Source: Camelus ferus
Taxonomy: Eukaryota
DNA: 64,000 nucleotides
NCBI RefSeq assembly: GCF_009834535.1
Contig: NC_045704.1
Location: 13,268,001 to 13,332,000, forward strand
Reading direction: 5' to 3'
The notes below the pieces were generated by a model, which ran no database searches, was not told where the DNA came from, and worked only from the letters and a program-made list of their open reading frames with translations. Position 1 is the stretch's first letter; the number at the start of each line of letters is the position of its first letter. This document shows, one piece after another, positions 1-10,900 of this stretch. The translations under genes and the position numbers were made by a program.

Positions 1-561
1 AGAAGCGGCTCTGCAGGACTCTCTGGAGGGCCTGCAGCTTCTGCGGGGGCAGCTCCCCGCTACGCTGGAGCCGCTCGAGGAGCTCCACCGCCCGGGACAC
101 GTCTGTGGAGCGGGGGCGGGGAGCATAGACCCAGAGTCAGAGACAAGAAGACGCAGAGAAACACGTAGAGATGCGGCCAGAGACCAAGTAAGGGCGAGCG
201 CAGACCCCGGGAAGGACAGCCGAGTCCCAGTCGGACACCCGCAGAGTCACCAGTGGCGGGGAAGAGACTGCAGCCAGCCGGGCGCACTGCGTCCCCAAGA
301 TCCCCATACACACACACAGGCAGGGGTGTGCAGCAGACGCCCCCTCCCTAGCTGGCTCGCCCACGGACCCTCCCACACCCACCGACGGCCCCACTCTCGG
401 TGCCCCGCCCCGCCCACCCCCGCCGGGTCCGCCCACCCGCCTGGGCCTTGCAGTGGTAGGGACGGCGACCCGGGTCTGGGACGCAGGCCGCGACCGGGTG
501 GGCAGGGCCCCCTGGCGCGCTTACCCCGCTCCAGCCCCAGCGGCTCCACCAGCGCAGCCAT
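1..561 (-). CDS. LIN7B: Protein lin-7 homolog B, 5' part (exon 1 525-561; exon 2 <1-102), continues off the window
   Basis: Exon 1 encodes [12 protein letters not shown]+G and ends at a GTAAG donor (524-520). Exon 2 follows a CAG acceptor (103-105) and encodes (D)[33 protein letters not shown], matching the recalled LIN7B N-terminus (L27 domain). Confidence 0.95.
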
Positions 562-720
562 GTCCGCGCGGCCGCTGCAAGGCACCCGCCTTCCCAGTCG
601 CCGGCGAGGAGGGAGGGGCTGCGCGAGGCCACGCCCCGGCGACGAGCACCCCCCCCTGCGGAGGCGTGGCCTGGCGTGTGCACCGCCCCACCTGCAGCCG
701 CATGGGTCTTGGAGCCCTGC
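1..720. promoter_or_regulatory. CpG island / LIN7B promoter
   Basis: Dense CpG and GC boxes (ccccgccc) around LIN7B exon 1. Confidence 0.75.
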
Positions 721-849
721 TCTCAGACCCCATCGGTCTGTTGGGTTTGTGACCCCTCCTACTGCAGCCTTTGTCTGTCTGCACCACCTTCCATCTCAGC
801 CTGTCTTGCTTGCCACATCTGTCTGTCCCCTGCCTATCATTTTTCCCCC

Positions 850-1900
850 ACATTCGTTGGACAAACTTATGTTAACATCTGGGCCCAAGACGATGGATAC
901 GACACTGAGCAGGGCGGATAAGTCCACTGCCCTCCCGGAGCTTAGTCTGTGAGCGAGGGGAGGTAGACAACTAACCATGACTGTGATCAGAATTGGGAGC
1001 AGGGAGATGACTATCTAGGGACACTGACAAAGAGTCCTTGGAGGTAAGATCATCAAGAGGTGGGGCGTGGGTCATTTTCCAAGCAGGAGGAGCCCACATG
1101 ACTGGACAGCAGAGTAAGGATTAGAGTAGTTTATGATGAAGGTGAAAAGGTTGGCAAGATGGACAGCCTTGTGTGTTGGCATACTCGTGTTGAGGATTTT
1201 GAACTTCATGGTAACTCAGAAGAGTAAAATGTGATATTCAAATATGTATTTTAAGATCACTACGGGGAGACTGGATTGGATGGGAGCAAGCGTGGGAGCA
1301 GAGGGACCGATCAGGAGGCCATGATGACTGGGACAAGGGCAGAGGCATGGAGGACAGATGGACAGATTTGGAAATGTGTCTTGGTGATTAACTGTATACA
1401 AGGACTGGGAGGTGGAGAAGGTGGGTATTAAGTCGCCTGTGGGCCTTTTGCTAAGAATGGTCTATGCTGGTGGTGGGATATGGGATATTCTGACTTTGAA
1501 GAGCCTGTGTAATATCCAAGGCCTGCATGCAGTTTTGAGAATTTGGGCAGAGGTGGTTAATAAAACCATAGGAGTAGACAGGAATGCTGGAGGCAAGAGA
1601 ACATAGAATGAAGAGGACCTAGAATGAAGAGGACCTAGGACAGAGTTCTCAAAACTCCTAACATGTAAAAGCCAGGAAGAAATCAAAGAATGGCTAGAAA
1701 GGTAGGAGGAAAAGTAGGTGGGAGAAACCATGAGAAGAGTTTCTGAAAGAGGAAGTGGGCTGTGGCATCAGATGCTCTTGAGAGGCCAAAAAAATGTAGA
1801 TGTAGACAATACTGGAGAAGTCTGGTGTTATTTCACTATTAGCTGAATGGGTAAAGTACATCCTTAGTTAACGTCACCATTGGTAGGATGGAGAGTCCAG
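850..1900 (-). mobile_element. Decayed LINE-2 fragment
   Basis: Starts with a degraded reverse complement of the L2 3' end (cattcgttggacaaacttatgttaacatct...gccctcccggagcttagtctg). Boundaries approximate. Confidence 0.55.
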
Positions 1901-4191
1901 AAAAGGGCTTTTGCAAAATGAGAGGACTAGAGAAGGTTTGTCTGTCCCTCTGTCCTTCATATTTTTCTCTTATTTTAATAATAACATTTACAGTTAAAAA
2001 CAAAACCAAATAATACAGAAGGACTGAAGTTGCCAAGCACCAACCTCTGTCCCTGTTCCTAACCCTCCTCACTGCAAGAGGCAACAGGGTATAGATGTTT
2101 CATCTACTGGTTGCTTCTGTATCTAAATAACATAGCATTTCTCCAATTTTTAAATTTTAGATGTTAGCAATATATTACATATTGATTTTCCACCCTTACA
2201 ACCTTGCCCCTCTCTTCCTGTGGTTGCTTTATGGTCCCAGTTCTTAGATCAGTCAATAAAGTGCTCACATTATGTCTAAGTACTTTCGGTTTACTGTAGA
2301 GCTCAAGTAGTGTTCTGTGACATTTCCTACCTTGAACAGCTTCTGTTTTTTTCTGTAATGTCTAACTACTTTTGTTTCTTTCATCACAATCTCAATTTCT
2401 TTCAACATAGTTATTTCAGTCTCTCTTAATTCCAACCTTGGAATCATGCCTGGGTCTGTTTCTATTGACTATTTTTTTCTCTATGAGTAGATGCTAAGCA
2501 TTGTGTACAAAAAACCAGAGGCTCTAGCTTCTTCCAAAGAAGCTTAAATTGTCTTCTGGCAGGTAAATCACATACATCCTGATGAGGTCTGGTTCTAGGC
2601 TCTTAGGCCTGGTCTATTTAACTGGCGGCCTAACTCCAACACTGTGGCACTCTGGGGGGTCTCAAGCACAGCCTCCTTCCACCACAGCAGGACTTGAACC
2701 CTAACCTGCCCCAACCCCCGCCCCGGTCTACATGGCTCAGATCTCTGCTCAGCAGCTTAGCCTCCGTCATTGCTGAGGAGCCCTTGGAGGGGTCTTGCAA
2801 CGACAACGCACAGCTGAGGAGCTGGCAAATGCCTAGAGGAAAGATTGCAGGTAGATTCTGGGGCTCAAGTCCCAGCTGTCTGGTCCAACCTCTGTGAACT
2901 TAGCCCAGCTGAGGACTGCCACTTTCTGAGTCTACTCTGTCATGCTAAATGGGCAGATGTCCTCAAAGAAAAAGCAAGAGAAATATTAGTCACCTCTGCA
3001 TGCTTTCCTTTTCTTGGGGTTCAGACCTGCCTCGAGTCTGGCCTATACTGTTTACTCCCCAAAGACTTTCACGTCACTTTTATGTGTTTTGTCCAGTCGT
3101 TATACAAGTGGCCTGTGCCAGGTTAGTCCAAAATGGGCTGTTCTTCATAGCCAGTTCCAGTAGTCTGGTTTCAACATCTGGGATATCTATGAAAAAACAC
3201 TAATTAGAGGTATTAAGTTCTTGCAGGACCAGTTTCTCTATCTTATGGTCTCTTTTGGCAGGACTTTTTCAAGTGTCTGGGATTTTTGGTTGTTTGTAAA
3301 AATTGAGGCAGTTAAATAGCATACTAGAATCCTGGTGGATGTCAGCCAGATTTCACGGACAGACTGCCTCTGGGTTACCAAGCCAAGTTTGCCTTTAGGC
3401 TGAGGAACTAATGAAATACAAAAGTAGGTCTTATATTTGCCTAGGCAGCAAATGCCCAGCTTCTAGACTGTTCTGGGTACAAATCCTGCTCCAGCCTCCT
3501 ACCTGTTATACCTGGAGTTTCAGGCTTGGGCCTCTGGAGGCTCTGCAAGGCCAATGGCTTCCTTCTCAAATGGTTACCAGACTGAAGCTTTCCCACCACC
3601 TTCTTATTTAATCTTTAGTCTGGGAATGTGTCAACATCTCAACTGCTGACGGAACCTCTTGTCCCGTTATTCCTCTCCTATCACTAGATGTGAAAAACAG
3701 TCGGTGAAGCTGCAGTCATGAACTGTAGGCCCTCCTCCATCCTGGCCCTGTGAGGACTTTCAGCTCTACCCCATCTTACCCTTTTATCTCGCTCTCATGT
3801 TTCATTCCCTTACCTTTTCCCCTGCTCTCCAACTTAGACAACAGCTCCCCTTGCACACAATGGAGTTGTAGTTTCTACTGAGTCTTCTAGTGCCTAGAGC
3901 CCCCCATCCCCCAACCAAGGCAGGGTTATGCATAGTCCCACAGGGGATGTGAGAGAGGTGAAAATAGAAAGACACAAAAGGATCAAGGACCCTTCCAGAG
4001 GGCTTCCTTGCCCCACTGTAAACAGCTCTGGTGTACTGGGCTGGCCCAGCCTTAAGTCATAAAGCTCAAGTTCTATGCTTGCCCTGGAAAATCAAGCAAG
4101 GTAGGGCTATCAAAAATCAGGTGACAACCTTCTGGGGAAGACAGTAAGAGCAGCGAAGAAACCAAATGCCCATTATCAACAAGAAATTAAT

Positions 4192-4197
4192 TTTATT
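4192..4197 (-). terminator. SNRNP70 poly(A) signal AATAAA
   Basis: tttatt on the + strand, about 135 nt past the stop codon. Confidence 0.8.
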
Positions 4198-4332
4198 TTT
4201 AAATCCAAGGGACCAGAACAAATGAGGAAACTCCTACCCTTGGCTAGCAAACTTAGGTGGTGGCCAAGAAGGTTGGGGAGAGGACAGCAACAGGGTGGGT
4301 AGGAACACGTCCAAACCGGTGCGAGGCTCTCT

Positions 4333-4990
4333 TCACTCAGGCGCAGCCTCCATCAGATACCCGTTCTCCGGAGCGAGATAGCCGTCCCCTCCCTCAGGCT
4401 CCATGTACATGTCTCGGCCGTCGTTGCCCAGACCTTCCAGCCCGTTGTCCTGGCCGCCGCCGCCACCCCCACCTCGGGCCTCATCCCTACCCCGTTCACC
4501 ACCCCGCTCCCCCCGCTTGTGCTCCCGATCCCGGTCTCGATCGCGGTCCCGGCGCCGCTCCCGCTCGCTCCGGTGACTCCGACGTCGTTCCCGATCACGA
4601 TCCCGGCCCTTCTCCTCAGGGCCATCGGGGCCGTCAGGACCCAGCTCCCCAGGAGGCCCATCATCAGGAGGCGCGTCACCAGCCTCGGAGGGCTCCACCA
4701 TGTCGCCGCCACCTCCACCTCCGCCACGAAGCTCCTCCTTGCGCTCCCGCTCCCGCCGTGCCCGCTCCCGGCTCCGGCTGCTTCGCCTCTTGCGGTCCCG
4801 GTCCTTGTCCTTGCTCCGCTCCCTGGAGCGCCGCCGTTCGTCCTTGTCACGACTCCGGGAGCGCCGCCGCCGGTCCCGAGAGCGGGAGCGTCGTCGTTCT
4901 CGCTCCTTGTCTCGCTCGCGGCTTCGCTCCCGGCGCTCCCGCTCGCGGTCCCGGTCCCGGTCCCTGTGGGGAAGCGGGGAGGGGCCGGGC
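4333..4990 (-). CDS. SNRNP70: SNRNP70 exon 10 (RD/RE/RS low-complexity domain, stop codon)
   Basis: CAG acceptor 4991-4993; alternative acceptor 27 nt inside (exon start 4963); TGA at 4333-4335. Confidence 0.95.
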
Positions 4991-7900
4991 CTGGATGAGG
5001 TGGGCAGAGGTTTGCGGCAGGGCTCCCCAGCACGACCACCCCGGCCCCGGACGCCGGCTGCCCCCTCTCACCTCTCATCGTAGCGGGAGGTGTCGTCCCG
5101 GCCCGAGTGCCGAATGTTCACGTCGGCCCCACCTCTCCTGGTACCACCGAGGCCACCTCCTGGGGGTGAGGCAGAAGACAGCAGGTCAGTCTGGGCAGGG
5201 AACCCGAGGAGGGGTGGGGAGGGTGGCAAAGAGCAAAGGGAAGGACAACCACCCCCTCGGCCGCCGACTACAGCGCGGACTCCTCTAACATGACCAGCCA
5301 GCCTCACTCAGATCACAAGGCTTCCCTAGCGCTGGCTGGGAAACACCTGGTACTGAGACCCCAAAGCTCATGTTCTTCACCACTACGTCCGACACAGCCT
5401 TCCGGCAAACCCTCCTTTCTGGTCATCCTCATCCTCACGCAAACGCGAAGCTGCTGCAATCTTTCTAACTGAAAACGTGGCCGGCTTCCCAGCCTTCACT
5501 GGCTCCCCACCGCCTACGGGCCACACTCCCTATCGGGTGACTGGCTCCTTCCCATCTTCCAAAGAAGGGCCCCTGGCTCTTTTATGTTCCAGGCATTTTC
5601 CCATTTCCTCATAATGTCCATTTCCTTCCTGCCCCAGTTTTTGGGATCATTCACCTCGTTCCATGGAATCTCATCTCCCTTGTCTAGTTTACTCCTACTT
5701 ACCCTTCACATGTTAACCCAAACATCACTTCCTCAGCCTGCCTTCCCTGACCTACAAGGTAAGCCGCTCTCCAATGCTCACAGACCACAAACATGTCCCT
5801 CCCAGAACTTCAAGTAGGGTTTCCAGTTTTGTATGTGCTGTGTGAGTTGACTAACAGCTGCCTCCCCCACCTGCCTGTGATGCATCATCCAAGTCAGGAC
5901 AATATCTAGCTTTGCTCACTGTAACCTGCACCTAGTACAGCACCTGGGATATAAAACTGTACCTGCAGCAGTCAAATGACTGACAGCCCTAAGGAGCAGG
6001 GGAGTCTCCTTCAGATGGGAAAGCAAACTCAGAGTCACCTGCCCACGGTGACAGCAAGGAAGGGCAGAGCTGAGCTGGACTCACCACTGACTCCAGACCC
6101 TGCCCTCTCCACTCTCCTCAGTGCCTCTCTGCCTGGAAGGAAGCATCAGTGAGGCAGGCCTGGGTTCCATATAAGGCATGCCTTTCAGCAGTGAAGGTGA
6201 AAAAGGAAAGCAGCTGCTTGGGTAACAAAGACATTCAAATAGGGACAAGTAACCGCCCGGGCGTCTGGAATGTCCCAGGTACAGGACAGAATGCACTAGT
6301 GTTTTCCATTTTCAGATCATGACCCAGCAATGGATCATATCATTAATTTGATGGGTTGCAACCAATATATTAAAAAATAAGATAAAGCAACAGAATATAA
6401 AATACTAGTATGGCTCTCTCTCTCCAAGATGGCCTGCACCCTGTCCAGGGAGTGTATACCTTTCTAAATAAATCTACTTTTACTCAAAAACAAACAAACA
6501 CAAAAAAACTAGTATATACTGACTGTAGGAAAGATCATTACTATTAGTAATAAAGTTTCAAAAAGCTTTCTTTTTGGTTAAATTTTTTTTTTCATGTACC
6601 CTGGCCCAAGATGCACTGGGTATCACCATCGAAAAGCTTGAATCAAACTATAAGATTCTGGGATTCCAAGATTCTACCACAATAGGAAACAGCAGACTCT
6701 GAAAGACTCACTCCAACCCAGAGAGCGAGATAAGAACCTATCTATTAAGTTCAGAGACTCAGCAAATGAGTAGTGTGGTCTACTCAGCAAAGGCAAGTCA
6801 AGAGTGAGAACAGCCAGTTCATGTGTAACTGAAAAATTATGCTCTATGCTGGAAAGTGACACAACATTGTAAACTGACTATAACTCAATGAAATTTAAAA
6901 AAAAAAAAAAAAAAAAAAGCGAGAATAGCTGGCTGGGAGGCAGAAATAAGAGCAGAGGTTTCTGGACCCACGTGGGTGTCTGCCCAGGGAAGATCATTTT
7001 CTCTGACAACTGTCACTCGCCGTCATAGTAGCTGGACCTCAACAGCCATGCTTGGATGGCAAGATCTCAGCCCCAGGTCCAGGCCCAATCCTGAGCCACT
7101 AAGATCCACCCACCCTGAAACGGAGAGACTCCTCCAGGACTGCGTGCAAAGCAGGGAGCTGTGGAATGCCACACTGGGCCACTGTGGAGAGACAAAAGAG
7201 CCCAGTCTACACAAGCAGTGAACAAGGCCAAGGTGAGCTGCAGACATGCCAGAGGTGGCTCTTGATAGTTAAGGGCCGGCTACCAGGTCCAACTGAGGCC
7301 CATAGGCATCATATGTCTCTGGGCTCTGAGAGACACCAGGGTTCTCATCAAGGCCCCTTTATGCTCTGGGAAGCTCAAATCTATGTCTGATAGTTGCTAT
7401 CAAATTGAACTTGACTAAAATGGTGACTGACAATGAGAAACAGACAGTGAGGAGGTCTGAACGTAGGAGGCTGTGAGGGCAGAGGTGACCTATTTATGTC
7501 CTACTCTTGACTAGAAGCCTGGTACACAGCTGGTGATCAAACTGGCATTTGCTGAACCAAGGAATGAATGAACATATGAGCAGGAGCAAAGTATAAGTGG
7601 ATGAGAGAGTGACTTTTATAAGCCCCACCAAATGCCAGCCACTTGGCATTCGCTGAGCTCAGTGAATTCTGAGGTTATTCCCACTTTCCAAGATGAGGAA
7701 AACTGAGGCAGGAAGAGGGAAAATCCACCAGCCAGAAAGTATGCAAGCTGGAATTTGATCCCAGATTGGCTTCTGGCAAGGTCAGTACTCTTGCTCCTAA
7801 CTGAAAAACCAGAATGAGAAAACAGACCAGGAAAATGATAGTGATGAGAAAGGGTGGGCTGGAGAGAGGGAGAAAGGATGTGAGCGGCCGGTGAGCTAGG

Positions 7901-10900
7901 AGAGGAAGAGAAGACAGGAAGCAGCAGAGGGTGCAGAAGAGAGGTGAGAAAGAAGCCACAAAGAGCAGGACCCAAGCCCAGTCTGAGCAGGATGTGCTCA
8001 CCCAGCCGCCGGGGCCTCCAGCCCTTCACAGTTCGGCCCCGCTCCACGTCCACAAGGACTCTCCGGCCGTCAATCTTCTTGCCGTCTGCGTGCTTGTAAG
8101 CGGCTGCAACAGATGTGGGGTGGGGGGGAGGGGGAAGAGTCCCCAGAGGGTCCTCTAGTCAGGATAAGGCCCAGCTACATGGCATCCCCCAGCCCGTGTC
8201 CCCATCAACACACTTGCACACGCACACACACATACACACACCCACACACATACACACGCCCACCAGCCAGCCAGGCAACTGACAGCCAGACCAACCCTCT
8301 CCCCAACCAGGAGGGGCCTGCTCCATCTCAGCGCCTGTTTCCTTATCACCCCCCAATCACTATTGGGGGGGCAAGACCGCTCCCACCATCCACCCCCAGC
8401 CTTGTCACACTCCCATTTGACAGAGCAGCCCCCTCGCATCAAGGAGGCCAAAGTCGCTGCAAAGAAACCGGAGGTTAACTTAAGGCTGGACTCTGCTGTG
8501 GGGGAGGGCTCCTCCACAACCCCAGACATGCACCCTGGAACATCATGCTGGGGGAGGAGGCCCGGCCGGGCCGCTCTGCACCCCAGTTCACGCCGGTTTC
8601 CTTTTTCTGTATTTTTTTGGGGGGAGGATGAGCGTGGGGGGGGGAACAGACATCAGAACAGAAAATGAACCAGAAGGGGGGTGGGAGAAATCTTTAGGAG
8701 GTGGCAGGGAGCAGAAGGGTGGGTTACGGTGCTCCCAGGGGGCCTGGAGGGGCCCCCACAGCCAGTAGGCGAGAGGGAAAGTGGAGGGAGGCATGGGAGA
8801 CGTGCGGTGCTGCTGACGATTCCTGCCTTACCTGAGATGACTGCCACCCAACCCCAGCCCCAGCCCCTCTCTCCCTCCACACCCCCAGCTCAACACATGC
8901 TGGGAGGCCAACCTCAGCCTGAGCCTCTCAGGAAGGGTGAGGAGTAGAGGCAGAGATGCGGGGAAAGGCGTGTTCCTGCTCCTGGGCAGGGCACAGCAAA
9001 GGACAGGCCCAGTCCCTGGCCTGTCTCACATGGGGCTGTCAGGAAGGCCAAAAAAGTCCCTATCTCCCACCCCCAGCCCTAGCCTAGGGGCTTGTCCTCA
9101 ACCAACCACAATACCCTGCCCCACCCCAGCCNNNNNNNNNNNNNNNNNNNNNNNNNNNNNNNNNNNNNNNNNNNNNNNNNNNNNNNNNNNNNNNNNNNNN
9201 NNNNNNNNNNNNNNNNNNNNNNNNNNNNNNNNNNNNNNNNNNNNNNNNNNNNNNNNNNNNNNNNNNNNNNNNNNNNNNNNNNNNNNNNNNNNNNNNNNNN
9301 NNNNNNNNNNNNNNNNNNNNNNNNNNNNNNNNNNNCACCACCAAGGGGTCAGCTAAAGCTACAGGGAAGGGAGCTGAGGGGATTCTAGGGAGCCAGAGAG
9401 GGAGAGGAACCACATCTGCTACACCGCCTGGAGACAGGCAGAGGAAGTGGTGGACCCCAAAGAAACCTCATGGAGGCCTTGACCAAGGGGGAGACAAGGA
9501 TTAACATCAAGTCTGGGAGCTAGAAAGCCGTGGGACTACCTTGTTTGAATTAAAAAAGGCGGCTAGGGAGAACTTAGCAAACCTGTCCACCTTCACATTT
9601 GCCCAATAAAGTCCACGTTCAACTAGGCACATGCCCCACCCTCTCTCAGCACATGGAATGACTTTCCACCTCCAACTCCACACTCCCTCCCACCACCTGC
9701 TTCATCCCAAAGGCTGGCACACAAGGGGACAGCCTTGAGGGTCCAGGAGATGGAGTACTGCCTATGATCTGAGGGGAAGGGGCCACTTGGCCCCTGAACC
9801 CAGAGGAGGGTGGTGGGGGAAGGAATTTAAGGACTGGGAACACAGTCAAGCAAAGGAACCCTGCTCTGGTTCACTGTCCCAAACCCCAGAAGAGGCCCAA
9901 CCCGGGAGTAACAGCAAAGAAAACATGTGACATGTGTATTTCTAGGCTTCTCTCTCTCTCCCTCTCTTAGGTCTCTATTCGGTGGAAAGGTCTTTAGTAA
10001 AATCCACAACACCTTCAGTTGCTGACAGCCTGTTACTCGATCCCTCCCACATCCCAGTCCCCAATTCCATGCACTCTGCGGAGCAGCTGGGCTCCACAGC
10101 CCTTTGGGAGGCCTCAACCATGATAAAGCAGACAGGAAGGGGGCAGAGCACCCCAAAGCTAGTAAGCAAAAAGACTCTCCAGGGCCACCACGGTGACAGC
10201 CCCGCAGAAGGTGTGGGGCCGGGGAGCGACGGGTTGCAGGGTTCCACCCAGAGCCCTGGCCCATCCCGGCTTCGGTATTCCCGCCACCTTGCCGCTGCTG
10301 CCATGAAGCCAGGTAAGTCAGGGCGTTGGGCTGAGCCCAAGTGGAGAGGCCAGCTGCCTTTCCCGTCGGGGTTCATCTATCCCCTCCTGGGATCAGCAAG
10401 ATTATCGGAACATATGGATCAAGGGGCAGAAGGGACAAAGGGCACCCAAAAGAGGAAAGGGTTCTGGGTGCGGGGAGGTTGAGGGGCGACTAGGGACGGG
10501 AGGAGGGAATGCCTCGCTGCTCCTGAGCTGCCTGGNNNNNNNNNNNNNNNNNNNNNNNNNNNNNNNNNNNNNNNNNNNNNNNNNNNNNNNNNNNNNNNNN
10601 NNNNNNNNNNNNNNNNNNNNNNNNNNNNNNNNNNNNNNNNNNNNNNNNNNNNNNNNNNNNNNNNNNNNNNNNNNNNNNNNNNNNNNNNNNNNNNNNNNNN
10701 NNNNNNNNNNNNNNNNNNNNNNNNNNNNNNNNNNNNNNNNNNNNNNNNNNNNNNNNNNNNNNNNNNNNNNNGGGCTTTGGAGATGGGGGGGCAGGCGCTG
10801 AACACGCCTACCAGCCCACTGCCCGCTGAGGAACAGGGTGGGGGGCTGGGGGTGGGGAGGCAGAGGGTCGGGTGGCCCAGCCCCAGCTCTGCTGAGGGGA

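Noticed and set aside
326-952. 208-aa + strand ORF antisense to LIN7B
   Set aside because: GC-rich CpG-island shadow ORF running into an L2 fragment; no recognisable domain.
1604-1635. Perfect 16-bp tandem duplication (similar 17-bp pair near 13136-13170)
   Set aside because: Ordinary slippage micro-duplications inside old repeats.
4257-5288. 343-aa and 127-aa (RS-rich, good Kozak) antisense ORFs over SNRNP70 exon 10
   Set aside because: The reverse complement of RE/RD codon repeats automatically gives stop-poor RS-like frames; there is no independent evidence of coding.
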